DNA from: Mobula hypostoma
Taxonomy: Eukaryota
Direction of reading: 5' to 3'
NCBI RefSeq assembly: GCF_963921235.1
Contig: NC_086108.1
Coordinates: 32,800,001-32,864,000 of the forward strand
DNA length: 64,000 nt
Both the position numbers and the translations under genes were made by a program. The stretch's first letter is position 1. Every line of letters starts with the position of its first letter. The notes beneath the pieces were generated by a model, which searched no databases, was not told the DNA's origin, and saw only the letters and a list, made by a program, of their open reading frames with translations. Below are positions 24,457-37,544 of this stretch, piece by piece.

Positions 24457-26032
24457 AAATACTTTGATTTTCCCTTCTGTATTTCTGCCCTGGTGACTGC
24501 ATTGTTACATTTCGATTGATTACTGGGCCTGCCCTGGATCCTTGATGCTCAGTCTCAGGCACCAAGCTGGAAAGAATCAAAGAACCGTCAAAGAGTTTGT
24601 TGGCAGTCCCATTCAGTCCCATTCCTTCCCTGCTGGTAAGAAAATTTTGGTCAATCTATTGTTTTCCATTGCTGGGTTTGGCTACAACTGAAAGATACTT
24701 GTAAAATGTATTGAGGTTTGGTCTAATATTATTTGTTGCTATACAGACCCTTCTCACCTTATGAACAACTGACTTCGGTATAGCCCGGGCGTACAAATGA
24801 GTATTTGAGAGACAGTGGGATGCATTTGCTGGCGCCTGTAGAGCTGTGTGCATCTTCAACAGTCTGTGGGTGCATTTACAACCTGTGAACTGTCTGGATT
24901 GTGAGGAGATAACTGGAATAGAACACTACTGTTACTAGGTGACGACATGTACTGGCAGGCAGTGACATAAATATAAATTCATTCATTTCCCAGTAATAAC
25001 GTGAAGGAACAGTTAAAGGCATGCTAAACTTTAGCAGCTGTGAAGTTGGAGCCATGAGGTATGAGCTGGTGGTATGGGTGCTTCGAGGCATTGTAATGAT
25101 GACTGCGAGTTGGAGGTGTGGACAATCTGAAGGCGAACTATGAGCAGTAGTGGTGGATGCTGAACAGATCAAATATTCATTAAGCTAGGGCAGGAACTTA
25201 AGCTGTGAACATTTCCTCTGAGTGTTGCTTGTCAAACAACATAAACAAGTGGTAAAGGAAGTTTGCAAAATGTACGAGAGTATAGCAGATGGGAGAAACC
25301 GTGGCCCTGGAGTTCGAACAACCTGCTGTTGTCCTTACTGGCCCCTTTACAGATGAATGGGAGGGACAAATAGGACGTTGGGTGATGCAGAATGAGAGAT
25401 GGGACTTACAGCTCCCTCTCACATTACTGTACTACAGTGTTTGCAGATATGTTCAAGTTCCCTGAGAGGGAATAGTACTGTCATGGAGCTGTGGCATAAC
25501 CTGAACAATGAAATAAGCAACACCTACTAAGGCTAATGAGTTTTGGGCAGCTTTCTACATATGTAGAAACTGAGCACCATTTAGACTATGTGTTCCCGAC
25601 CTTTCTTATGCCACAGATCAATGTAACTAAGCAAGGCGTGTGTGGACCCCAGGGTTTGGAACCCATCATTTAGAACCATCTTCTGAGCAAAGTGATGGAA
25701 GTAGAAGGAATGGAATCATTCAAAGTCCATTTGCTTAGTAAAATGGGAGCGATCTGATAGCTGAAGCTAATCCACAATTATATATTTATATATAGCTTGT
25801 TCAGATGACTATCTCTCCACTTACTGCTCTTTAAATACTGATCTAAATCATTTTAAGTTTCTTGTCCAGTTACTTCAATTCACAGGCAAACAAACTGGTA
25901 AATAAGTAAAAGTCAAATTTATTGTTACCTGCACAAGTACATGTATGCACAGGTGCAATCAAGAACTTTCAGTAGCATCACAGGCACATGGGATAATATA
26001 AGCAGCATTCACATGAAAAACATAAATTAATC

Positions 26033-28825
26033 ATTGTGGCTCAGAAGGGTAGGGAAAGGAAGAGGATGGCAGCAGTGATGGGGGACTCTATAGTTAGGGG
26101 GGTCAGACAGGCAATTCTGTGGACGCAGGAAAGAAACGCGGATGGTAGTTTGCCTCCCAGGTGCCACAGTCCGGGATGTTTTTGGTCGCATCCAAGATAT
26201 CCTGAAGTGGGAAGGAGAACAGCCAGAGGTCATGGTACATATTGGTACCAGCGACATAAGCAGGAAAAGAGAGAAGGTCCTGAAAACAGACTACAGGAAG
26301 TTAGGAAGGAAGTTGAGAAGCAGGACCACAAAGGTAGTAATCTTGGGATTGTTTCCTGTGCCAAGTGACAGTGAGTATAGGAATAGAGTGAGGTGGAGGA
26401 TAAATGCGTGGCTGAGGGATTGGAGCAGGGGCAGGGATTCAGATTTCTGGATCATTGGGACCTCTTTTGGGGCAGGTGTGACCTCTACAAAAAGGACAGG
26501 TTGCACTTGAATCCAAGGGGGACCAATATCCTGGTGGGGAGGTTTGCTAAGGCTATTGGGGAGAGTTTAAACTGGAATTGCTGGGGGGTGGTAACCGAAC
26601 TGAAGAGACGGAAGGAAGAGGCGGTTGGCTCCCAAATAGAGAAAGCTTGGAGACAGTGCGAGAGGGAGGATAGGCAGGTGATAGAGAAGGGACACGCTCA
26701 GACCGATGGTTTGAGATGTGTGTATTTTAATGCGATGAGTATTATGAACAAAGCAGATGAGCTAAGAGCGTGGATCAGTACTTGGAGCTATGATGTTGTG
26801 GCCATTACAGAGACTTGGAGGGCTCAGGGGCAGGAGAGGTTACTTCGAGTGCCAGGCTTTAGATGTTTCACTAAGGACAAGGAGGGAGGCAAAAGAGGTG
26901 GGGGCATTGCAATGCTGATCAGAGATAGTGTCACGGCTGCAGAAAAGGAGGAAGTCATGGAGGGATTGTCTACTGAGTCTCTGTGTGTGGATGTTAGAAA
27001 CAGGAAGGAGCCAATAACTCTACTGGGTAAACAACAGGAATTCTGCAGATGCTGGAAATTCAAGCAACATACATCAAAGTTGCTGGTGAACGCAGCAGGC
27101 CAAGCAGCATCTATAGGAAGAGGCGCAGTCGACGTTTCAGGCCGAGACCCTTCGTCAGCCGAAGGGTCTCGGCCTGAAACGTCGACTGCGCCTCTTCCTA
27201 TAGATGCTGCTTGGCCTGCTGCGTTCACCAGCAACTTTGATGTATGTAACTCTACTGGGTGTTTTTTTAATAGACCACCCAATAGTAACAGGGACATTGA
27301 GGAGCAGATAGGGAGACAGATTCTGGAAAGGTGCAATAATAACAGGGTTGTCTTGGTGGGAGGTTTTAATTTTCCAAATATTGATTGGCATCTTCCTAGA
27401 GCAAGGGGTTTAGATGGGTGGAGTTTGTTAGATGTGTTCAAGAAGGTTTCTTGACTCAATATGTAGATAAGCCTACAAGAGGAGAGGCTGTACTTGATCT
27501 GGTATTGGGAAATGAACCTGGTCAGGTGTCAGATCTCTCAGTGGGAGAGCATTTTGGAGATAGGGAACACAATTCTATCTCCTTCACCATAGCTTTGGAG
27601 AGGGATAGGAACAGACAAGTTAGAAAAGTGTTTAATTGGAGTAAGGGGAAATATGAGGCTATCAGGCAGGAACTTGGAAGCATAAATTGGGAATAGATGT
27701 TCTCGGGGAGATGTACAGAAGAAATGTGGCAAAAGTTCAGGGGATATTTGTGTGGAGTTCTGCATAGGTACGCTCCAGTAAGACAGGGAAAGGATGGTAG
27801 GGTACAGGAACTGTGGTGTACAAAGGCCGTTGTAAATCTAGTCAAGAAGAAAAGAAGAGCTTACAAAAGGTTCAAAAAACTAGGTAGTGATAGAGATCTA
27901 GAAGATTATAAGGCTCGCAGGAAGGAGCTTAAGAGTGAAATTAGAAGAGCCAGAAGGGGCCATGAGAAGGCCTTGGTGGACAGGATTAAGGAAAACCCCA
28001 AGGCATTCTACACGTATGTGAAGAGCAAGAGGATAAGACGTGAGAGAATAGGACCAATCAAGTGTGACAGTGGAGAAGTGTATATGGAACTGGGAAGATA
28101 GCAGAGGTACTTAATGAGTACTTTGCTTCAGTATTCACTACAGAAAAGGATCTTGGCGATTATAGGAGTGACTTAAGCGGACTGAAAAGCTTGAGCATGG
28201 AGATATTAAGAAGGAGGATGTGCTGGAGCTTTTGGAAAACATCAAGTTGGATAAGTCACCGGGACTGGACGGGTTGTACCCCAGGCTACTGTGGGGGGCA
28301 AGGGAGGAGATTGCTGAGCCTCTGGCAATGATTTTTGCATCATCAATGGGGACGGGAGAGGTTCCCGAGGATTAGAGGGTTGCGGATGTTGTTCCCTTAC
28401 TCAAGAAAGGGAGTAGAGATAGCCCAGGAAATTATAGATCAGTGAGTCTTACTTCAGTGGTTGGTAAGTTGATGGAGAAGATCCTGAGAAGCAGGATTTA
28501 TGAACATTTGGAGAGGCATAATATGAAAAGGAGTAGTCAGCATGGCTGCACATGTTGACTCTGTGGTTAAGAAAGCATACGGTGCATTGGCCTTCATCAA
28601 TCATGGGACTGAGTTTAGGAGCCAAGAGGTAATGTTGCCCCTATATAGGACCCTGGTCAGACCCCACTTGGAGTACTGTGCTCATTTTTGGTTCCCTCAC
28701 TATAGGAAGGATGTGGAAACCATAGAAAGGGTGCAAAGGAGATTTACAAGGATTGGGGAGCATGCCTTATGAGAATAAGTTGAGTGAACTTGGCCTTTTT
28801 TCCTTTGGAGTGACAGAGGATGACC
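26033..28825 (+). mobile_element. Degraded CR1 LINE (ORF1 esterase part, APE, partial RT with large internal deletion near 28543)
   Basis: GDSIVRG, VHIGTSD and HLNPRG (SGNH esterase ORF1); FNA.SI.NK, ITETW and RPPNS (APE); PGNYR.VSL and QHG joined directly to the C-terminal 'VVKKAYG'. Confidence 0.9.
27029..27246. mobile_element. Young fold-back (palindromic) PLE mini-element
   Basis: Perfect inverted arms 27068..27154 and 27160..27246 (87 bp), 5-nt spacer TCAGC, 39-bp extra tail on the left arm; exact 14-bp TSD TAACTCTACTGGGT at 27015..27028 and 27247..27260. Confidence 0.95.
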
Positions 28826-28828
28826 ATA

Positions 28829-29697
28829 TAGGTGGAGGGCAGGATGTTTTGAGGAAGTGGAGGGACTACAGAAGGACAGACAGATTAGGAGAATGGGCAA
28901 AGAAATGGAATACAGTGTCGGGATGTGTATGGTCATGCACTTTGTTAGAGGAAATGAAAGGGTTGACTATTTTCTAAATGGAGAGAAGGTACAAAAAAAC
29001 TGAGGAGCACAGGGACTTGGGAGTCATTGTGCAGGGTCCTCTTAAGGTTAATTTGTGGTTGAGTCTGTGGTGAGGGAGACAAATGCAATGTTAGCGTTCA
29101 TTTCAAGAGGACTAGAATATAAAAGCAAGGATGTAATGTTGAGATTTTATAAAGCACTGGTGAGGCCTCACTTGAAGTACTGCAGCCCATTATCTTAAAA
29201 AGGATGTGCTGAAACTGGAGAGAGTTCAAAGGAGGTTCAGGAAAAATGATTCCAGGATTGAATGGCTTGTCATATGGAGAGCGTTTGATAGCTCTGGGCA
29301 TATATTCACTAGAATTCAGAAGAATAAGGGGTGACCTCATTGAAACCTATCGAATGGCGAATGGCTTTGATACAGTGGATGTTTCCTACGGTGGGAGAGT
29401 CTAAGACCAGAGGACACAGCCTCAGACAGAGGGACATTCTTTTAGAACAGAAATGAGGAGGAATTTTTTTTATCCAGAGTGGTGAATCTGTGGAATTCTT
29501 TGCCACAGGCAGCTTTGGAGGCCAAGTTTTTATGTATATTTAAAACAGGGGTTGATAGATTATTAATTGGTCAGAGCATGAAGGAATACGGGAGATTGGG
29601 GCTGAGAGGAAAATTGGATCAGCCATGATGAAATGGCGAAGCAGACTCAATGGGCCAAATGGCCTAATTCTGCTCCTGTATCTTATGATCTTATGGT
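28829..29697 (+). mobile_element. Degraded CR1 3' portion (second subfamily)
   Basis: LGEWAKKW..., 'LEFRRIRGDLIETY'-coding sequence; GGGCCAAATGGCCTAATTCTGCTCCT and TCTTATG tail. Confidence 0.85.
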
Positions 29698-29949
29698 ATT
29701 TTATCCCCATGGCCACCATATTGTATTCCCAGAGTCATAATCAAAGCTTCTGAAGCTAGTGCTGTTATGTTTAAGGCCACGGGTTTGAAAATATTTGAAG
29801 AGCACAAAGATTAATCCTTCACAATACATTCTGCCTCTTGAATGTCATAAGCCTTTTACATCCAGCCTGCAGGCTTTAATAGAACCCCCACAGACACCCC
29901 ACTACGCTACAAGCATATCTCAGGACTACTAAGCAAAAAAACAAAATGG

Positions 29950-30939
29950 CTATAGCATCTCAATAGTACACCAGTCTCCAGGTATTCCAGAGGGCCACCA
30001 ATGCTCTCCTGGGGTATAATCGTTATGGAACTGATATCGTACATTATGAATCTTATCTATTGACCATTGGATATGTTCAGCCAAATCTGTTATACTTTCT
30101 GCCACATCAGGGATGTATGTACAACACTCCTGGCCTATTACAGTGCAGGCGTCTGCTTCCTTTGCCGTGGTATAATCCAAAGCCATTCTGTTCTGTAGGG
30201 TTACTGCCCACATGGCTAGCATCTCGGCCGATAACCGTGTCAGAGCCTGTTTCATTTGCTTCAAAACCAGGGCAGTCTCATTGACTAACACCTCCATGAC
30301 TGAGGTCATCAGGATGACCCGCCTCGATAACCAGGCTGTACCATACAGGGGAAAAACAATCATCCAGAACTGATCAGACTCCGTGATACCCTTTCTCTTC
30401 TGGGTCGGCCGGTTGGCCAGATCATCAACGTGATACACATAGCAGCCGGACCAGCCCTTGGGGAGCTGCACACCCAGCACGTGCCATTCAACTTGGGAAA
30501 CCAACCGGCCTGAAGAGAGTATATTGCCACAGTAATAGTGCCACACTGCTCTGTACCGTTAACGTGCATAGAGGTACACAAGCTATTCCCAATCAGAACC
30601 TGTCCATCTGAATGACAAGGGCAACTATTCCCGGATCATTTAATGTTGGTACTTCAGATTTACTCTGATCACGTGCTGGTACAACAGTTGGACAATGGCT
30701 GACAAGTTCACGATGGCTTCATTCCATGCTCAGTACTGAGTGTCTATCAGAGGGACGGGTATCAGTGCTCCCATTCCTGATTCCGTTGGAACCTGGGAGC
30801 ACACCCAACACTTTGATATGCTCAGACGATCAGCATACTCGTGCACTATTCTGAGAAGGGTGTTAGTCGAGATCACCGTCGCTGCTGTGGCGAGGAGTGG
30901 CAGCAATGTCATGGCTATTTCTGCAAGGGAGGGAAGCAC
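29950..30939 (-). pseudogene. env: Retroviral envelope remnant (SU CxxC; TM with ISD and CX6CC)
   Basis: Signal-peptide-like start and 'SKCWVCSQVP' (30730..30939); heptad, 'LQNRMALD' immunosuppressive domain and 'CTVIGQECCTYIPD' (29950..30546); frameshifted. Confidence 0.9.
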
Positions 30940-31307
30940 ACAATCACTCCCTTTCAGTTAGTGATCGGGTGTTCAGACACGTCGTTCACTGTGCCACTGT
31001 GCCTATTGCCCAGCCCCAGTGCCACCATCTCCCCCCACTCTGGCAGCCCGGCTGGTTGTTGTACCCATACCTTCCCTGACTCCTCTTCCAATTCCACCTC
31101 TCTACGTCAGGGTGGTCAGACACCGCCAAATGTCGGGACAACAGGGACCCTCCCTGACCAGCAGGTCTGGAGTCAAGTTGTCCACCTGACAGTTCTGGCC
31201 TGTTCCTGTAACTCTCTGGATTCATCCCCCGAGGCCCTGCAGCCATCCCCTTAGCTTCACCTGCTGGCATGTTGCACAACTGGCTACTGCAATCTTGGCT
31301 TCATTGT

Positions 31308-31599
31308 TTATTTATTATTCAGAGATACAGCATGAAATAGGCCCTTCTGGCCCTTCGAACAGTGCCACCAGCAACTCACCGATTGAACCCTAGCCTAATC
31401 ACGGGGGAGCTTACAATGACCAATTAACCTACTGGGACATCTTTGGACTGTGGGAGGAAACCGTAGAACCCAGAGGAAACCCATGCATCCACAGGGAGGA
31501 TGTACAAACTCCTTAAAGGTGATGTCAGAACTGAACTCTGAACTCTGACACCCCAAGCGGTAATAGTGTCACGCTAACTGCTGCACCAGCTTGGCGTCC
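31308..31599 (-). mobile_element. V-SINE (HE1-like) nested in the ERV
   Basis: Reverse complement has the V-domain GGAGTTTGTAC..CCTCCCTGTGGATGCATGGGTTTCCTCTGGGT..GGTTTCCTCCCACAGTCCAAAGA, a tRNA-like head and a CR1-like GGGCCAGAAGGGCC tail. Confidence 0.85.
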
Positions 31600-31957
31600 A
31601 CAGTATGTCAGTGCCACCACTCAGGCCTCTGTCCATTTCCTTACTCCTGCCACCCCTAGATGCCCACTCTTCTGATGTGGCCACGTGGCTAAACAACCCC
31701 GACCTTCCTCCTCTGGGGTCGCCGTGGCTGTCGTTATCTGAGCAACTCTGTCAACAGCAGCATTGTATGCCACCTCCTCTGTGTCACGAGAAGTGTGCGT
31801 ATCTTCCTGGTAGACAGTGACCTGCTGCCACTAGGCATTGACCCAAAAGTTTTCCCAATAGGATTGCCCCAAAGGGGAAGCATATGTATCTCCAAATTTT
31901 GTCCATTGAGGCATCTCTACAGCCATCCAATTTGTCACAGCCCAGGAATCAGTATAC

Positions 31958-32425
31958 ATAAGAACATCAGAAATAGGAGCAGAAGTAGGCCACCCGGCCC
32001 ATCGAGCCTGATCTGGCCATGGAGTCATCTCCATCTACCTGCTTTTTCCCCATAATCCTTAATTCCCCTACTATGAAAAAATCTATCCAACCTTGTCTTA
32101 AATATATTTACTGAGGTAGCTTCCACTACTTCATTGGGCAGAGAATTCCACAGATTCTCTGTGAAAAGCAGTTTCTCCTCATCTCCATCCTAAGTCTACT
32201 CCCCCAAATCTTGAGGCAATGTCCCCTAGTTCCAGTCTCACCTACCAGTGGAAATAACTTTCCTGCCTCTATCTTATCCATTCCTTTCATAATTTTATAT
32301 GTTTCTATAAGATCTCCTCTCATTCTTCTGAATTCCAGCGAGTACAGTCCCGGACGACTCAATCTCTCCTCACAGTCTAACCCCCTCATCTCTGGAATCA
32401 ACCTGGTGAACCTCCTCTGCACCGC
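31958..32425 (-). mobile_element. CR1 3' fragment inserted in ERV RNase H
   Basis: 'QRRFTRLIPEMRGL...GLYSLEFRRMRGDLIETYK' (32126..32422); tail near 31960; splits the ERV 'IYTDSW' region. Confidence 0.9.
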
Positions 32426-32665
32426 ACTGATATATTCATACTAATCCCGTGACCCCGCATAGGGGCAGCGTTACAGCCACCAGATCCACCAGCTCCCTCC
32501 CCTCGGCTGTTACCACTTTCCCCATTACAGGGTGGAAGGCAGTGGCCTTCCCCCACAGTTTGCCACTCTGCCAACTGCTAGAGCCATCGGTGAACCACAC
32601 AGGTTTTTCTCCTCCGGGTTTAGGTCATTTACTGGTTTGCCACATTGTGCAGGCAGTTGTCTCCT

Positions 32666-32990
32666 ATGACAATGTCTCCTATCCACTACATAATGTACTG
32701 GTTGGGCACAGGAATACATTCAGCCAGAGACTCATTCCACCGAGATGCAACACAGAGCGTCATAGGAAGTCATTCCTGCCTGTGGCCATCAAACTTTACA
32801 ACTCCTACCTTGGAGGGTCAGACACCCTGAGCCAATAGGGTGGTCCTGGACTTATTTCATAATTTACTGGCATAATTTACATATTACTATTTAACTGTTT
32901 ATGGTTTTATTACTATTTATTATTTATGGTGCAACTGTAACAAAAACCAATTTCCCCTGGGATCAATAAAGTATAACTGTGACTATGACT
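32666..32990 (+). mobile_element. Rex1/Babar 3' end (same subfamily as 12463..13121)
   Basis: Near-identical to 12810..13121, including the GATCAATAAAGTAT..GACTATGACT tail. Confidence 0.9.
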
Positions 32991-34181
32991 TTGACATCCT
33001 ACTACGGCCGCCGTGAGGGGGTAGGGCATGCTTATTTAACTGCCTAAAGTCTATTGTCATTTGTCATGTTCTGCTCCCTTTCTGCACCAGCCACACCAGT
33101 CTATTAAAGAATGAGGGAACGTTGCCAGTCGAATAACCCCTTCTCAACAGTGCTTCCACTCTTGACCTGATCTCCTGGGTGGTACTGCTTGATGTCCTCC
33201 ACCTTGGTTGGGGGTAGAATAACAAGGGGCTTCCCCTTGGCCAGTCCCACAAGAAAAATGGCCCCTTTTGGTCTGCAGGACACACCTGTCAACACATTCA
33301 TACCCAAAGTACCGAGACCATCACCGGGTAGGTCCTGGTTGTTCCAAGCCACTATCTCCCGGTCCGGGTTGGGAAGAGTGACACTCCTAGTCATTCATCA
33401 GCATGCAGGGACCTCCCTACTTGTCGGGATTGCCTGAGATAATAGTATGCTCGACCCCAGTATCGACTAGCGCCATCCATCATTGCACATTTCCCTTCCC
33501 TCAGGTACCACAATAGGTACATAAGGCCTCAGGTCATCTGGATGAAAAAGGGAAATGAGTATATACTCTGGGAGCCTTGGCCACATCCGCTATGGGAGCG
33601 GGTGAGAAGGTGTCGCCCACCAATGCAGTCCTGCTGCTGCAGGCCTCTAAGGGCTTTCTGAAATGCCTCAAGGGAGGGGTCCTTCTCCATCACGGGCTTC
33701 TTCCCAGCACACCCACCCCTGCAACTCCTCTCCCTTCTTATTTTGACGATACAGTAGTCTTTTCATAAAGTACACAGGGTAGTGGTGGGTATACCACCCA
33801 ACCGTTCCTTAGGATGTCTGCCTTGAGCAGGGCCCAAAACATCTCCTTAAAGGTCAGCGGGACCACCCCCCCCCACACCGCTCCATTCTGCTTCTCCATC
33901 TTCCTCACACAGGTACGAGCCCCATCTACATGTTCCAACCTCTTCAAGAGCCTGATGGCCAATCCTACTGCCCTAAAAGGAGCAGTATTATACCCTTCAG
34001 ATGGGGGGGGGGGCTGATGTTTTTACCAGGTACCCTACCATGGTCGCGGTGAACTTCAGATCCTCCAGCAGGTCATCCCCACCCTCATAAATCCCAATAA
34101 TCAGGGTCCTCTGATGAAGAGCTTTAACCCCTTTCTCCGCTGTGTTCCACCCTTCTTGAGATTTTAAACCTCTTTCTAGCA

Positions 34182-35185
34182 GGTAGGGGTTGCAATTGTG
34201 CAATTGTATCCTGGATTTCCTCACTTCCTCACTTGCAGACCCCAGTCAGTTCAGATTGGCAAAAGCATCTCCTCCACAATCTCTATCAGAACAGGTCCAC
34301 CACAAGACAGTGTGCTTAATCAAAGGTGGTGATAAATCAGCAAACAGGAGGGAGATTGAAAATTTGGCCAAGTGGTGTAATAATAACAACCTGTCACTCA
34401 ATGTCAACAAGACCAAGGAGCTAATTGTAGACTTCAGGAGAGGTAAACCAGAGCCAGCCCTTATTGGAAGATCAGAGGTGGAGAGGATCAGTAACTTTAA
34501 ATTCTTAGATGTCACTAGCTCAGAGGACCTGTCCTGGATCCATTGCATAAATGCAATTGCAGAGAAAGCACAGTAGCACCTCTACGTCCTTAGAAGGCTG
34601 CAGAGAATTGGCATAACATCAGAAACCTTGACGAAGTTCTATAGATGTGTGGTGGGAAGTGTATTGACTGGCTGCATTATAGCCTGGTATGGGAACACCA
34701 ATGCCTTTGAATGGAAAATCCTACAAAAGATAGTGGATTCAGCCCAGTGAAACACTGTCATAGGAAAGCAGCATCCATCATCAAAGATCCTCACCACCCA
34801 GGCCATGCTCTTTTCTCGCTGCCGCCATCAGGTAGAAGGTACAAGAGCCTCAGAATTCACACCACCATGTTCAAGAATAGTTACTACCCCTCAACCGTCA
34901 GGCTCTTGAAAAGGATTATTACACTCATCTATTGAGATGTTCCCGCGACAAATGATCTCACTTTAAGGACTCTTTATCTTGTTATTTCATGGTCTCGTTG
35001 TTTATTGCTATTTATTTATAGTTATATTTCAAGTTTGTTGTATTCTATGTTCTTGCTCTTTCATTGATCCTGTTTACAGTTACTATTTTATAGATTTGCT
35101 GAGTTTGCTCACAGGAAAAAGAACTTCAGGGTTTTCTGTGGTGACATGTACGTACTCTGATAATAATTTTTACTTTGAACTTTGA
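34182..35185 (+). mobile_element. Rex1/Babar LINE 3' portion nested in ERV gag
   Basis: 'LCNCILDFLT', 'WCNNNNLSLNVNKTKELIVDFRR', 'IIKDPHHPGHALFSLPPSGRRY'; (TTTGAAC)n tail. Confidence 0.9.
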
Positions 35186-36204
35186 GGGGTGCATATCCTT
35201 TACCTCAGCTGCTACCCTCTCCCACAAAGAAATATCTTCCCCAAACATTCCCCGTAGGGCACTATTTACCCTATGGTTAGACGACACTCCTTCCAGGCCC
35301 CCATTTATTAGTCAGATAAAATCACTCCACCTCCCCCTTCCCCCACGTACCATATCCTTACAAACTATGTTGGTGATGGTTCCCCTGATTTCTGCAGTGG
35401 TAATCTCTCAGTTCTACCAATTCCTTGGATGACTAGTCTTAGTTACCACTGAGACAGCCCCCCTTTCAAGTCTTCAGTCCTACTCTTTCTCATTGTCCCG
35501 GAGTACTGGGTTGCCCACAGGCTGAGGGGTGCTTGGATGTAGTAACTCTATTTGGCCGTGCTTTCACGGGCTGGGGGACATTGGGAGAAGAATGATCATC
35601 CACCCTCTCCTCCTGATCCTCACCATCAAACCAAATATCCCATCCCGGGTATCCAGGTCATCACTCCGTAAAATAAGGGTCTGGACCTTCACTGGGTCCC
35701 ATTGCCAATGAACTCTTTGGACCAAGCCGCTGCCGGACCTTGGCCAGGCAGCACGTGATCTCGAAACTCTTCTCCTCCATCTTGCAGGTCGGTGCTGACT
35801 GGGTGGCCTCTGCCATGGCTGTGCAGTGCTGACTCAATGCCTCCACCTCCTGTTTAAGATTACCTATTTCCTCTTTCCGAAAGATGGTCTCATGTTGTTA
35901 TTTTATGATGGCTGCCAGCAGCCAAAAAGCTCTTTTCTGACTTCCCACCTTGTCCAGAAACCCGAACCTCTTTAGTACAAAGACGCGATGGTGCCTGATC
36001 TCTCTACCCTTAAGGGGTCCAGTTTGTCTGTCTAACCTACCGGGGTACCATGGTCCATTGGCAAATTGGCCAGGCTGACAAAGCCACAGAGTTATCGCCC
36101 CCCCCCCCCCATTCTTTGCACGGTGGTGGTGGGGATCTTCCTTCTTACTCTTACTCCTAAACGTTTCTGCTTTCAACCACATCTGCAAGATCCTTTGTTG
36201 ACCA

Positions 36205-36330
36205 TGTCAAAACGTTTTCTTACACCAAAAGGTTCACAGAATTGGCTTGGTAAGGCAGAAAGCACAAACTCCAATTATCTACTTAGAACTGCAAAACTTT
36301 GTTTATTAGGACAGAAGGGCAAGCATTAGA
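36205..36330 (-). repeat. Possible 3' part of the ERV 5' LTR, with adjacent PBS-like site
   Basis: Minus strand: AATAAA (36302..36307) about 100 bp before ...TTGACA, then TGGTCAACAAAGGATC (36189..36204) upstream of gag; outer LTR boundary not identified. Confidence 0.4.
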
Positions 36331-37544
36331 ACTCTTACCTGGATATGTACGGGCCCCTCTTGCTGCAGCACACTTCCCATTCTGTCTGAACCACGGCACC
36401 ATTCACAAGCCTGTCAGTGAGGCCTCAAGGACTACTCTCAAGTTCTCGACTGTTCTATTTCATACCCTCTGCACTGATATAAAATGCTGTGGTAAGTGGC
36501 CCAGTACATTAGCACCACCTCAAACCACTGAACCAATCATCACCTGCCACCATGCTTCACGACTTTCATATTTTCATGGTTGCATTCCCACAGTTTACTA
36601 TAGAGCAGATGCTGCTACCTTTTCCCTTACCCAACACTGCTGTCCGCTCCATCATAAAGTCTTCAGGCTGGATCACTTTGGCAGGAGAGTTGGGAATGAG
36701 CATTAACTCTGTGAAATAGACTACACAGCCACCCTTAAGTCCCTCTGACAATGCAATCTTGCTCTGAAGTCTTCAGCCTTGTTTTCTAATAACTACACAT
36801 AATAATTATAATAGTATTAATTTTCATTTATTCATTCTTTTTAAAGCAAAAATGTTGAACTTTACATGCCTTTATATAGATGAAGAAAAATTATTCAAAC
36901 ATGCAGAATTATAATAGTTGATCACATTCCGACCTTTAGTAAATAATTTACTACAACTTAAAATAAAAAATGAAAGCATTTAAGTTTTAAGAATTGGGAA
37001 AGGGTGTGAAAGAAATGAGAATCACACAACTCAGTAAAACTAAGTTGTCAGTTTGAGATTAAAGATTAGCTGTGTAGCAAGCAACATTATAACATGTCAG
37101 TTGTAAAAGTGCGGTATGCAAATCATTGTTGTACAAACTCTTTACTTTGCAAACAATCGGAGACCTATGTTAAAAATTTATCTGCTAAACTCAAGGATAG
37201 CTTTATCCTTCATTATTTGTAATTGCCCCATTTTACCGTAATTGACGTTCCACAGATGTTTAAGAGCACTCCATCTATATCAGAATAGGATTTTTTAAAA
37301 ATTCAGGTCTAAACATAATTGGCAGAGCTTTGACAAGCAATCTTTACTGTACTACCATAGTATTAGAGAATTTTCAAGGCTAATTTGTGCAAATTCAGCC
37401 ACTGTGTATAATTTTCTTATAAATACAATTTACTTTCAAATTGGCAATAGTGATAAACAAAGTAATATAGATGTAATATGATTTACATTGTCTTTACTTG
37501 TGACCAAGCTTTAGAATTTTTTCCTGATAAGGACAATGCCATTT

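Larger units (their letters stand above)
29710..36204 (-). mobile_element. Degraded endogenous retrovirus, class III (ERV-L/ERV-S-like) gag-pol with gamma-type env; several nested insertions
   Basis: gag 'WNTAEKGVKALHQ...EDLKFTATMVGYLVKTSAPP'; RT start 'SFFNRLVWLVQK'; RNase H 'VWFTDGS' near 32590 and 'YTDSWAV' near 31945; env ORFs at 29950..30939; outer boundaries approximate. Confidence 0.8.

Noticed and set aside
24876..25422. Short minus-strand ORFs in a unique region
   Set aside because: No motifs or splice support; could be conserved non-coding DNA, but this cannot be shown from the sequence alone
29950..30546. Env TM ORF as a domesticated syncytin-like gene
   Set aside because: SU is frameshifted and fragmented, no clear furin site is retained, and the ORF stops before a membrane anchor
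34003..36110. G and C homopolymer runs near 34003 and 36097
   Set aside because: Isolated runs within decayed ERV sequence; likely slippage with no supportable function
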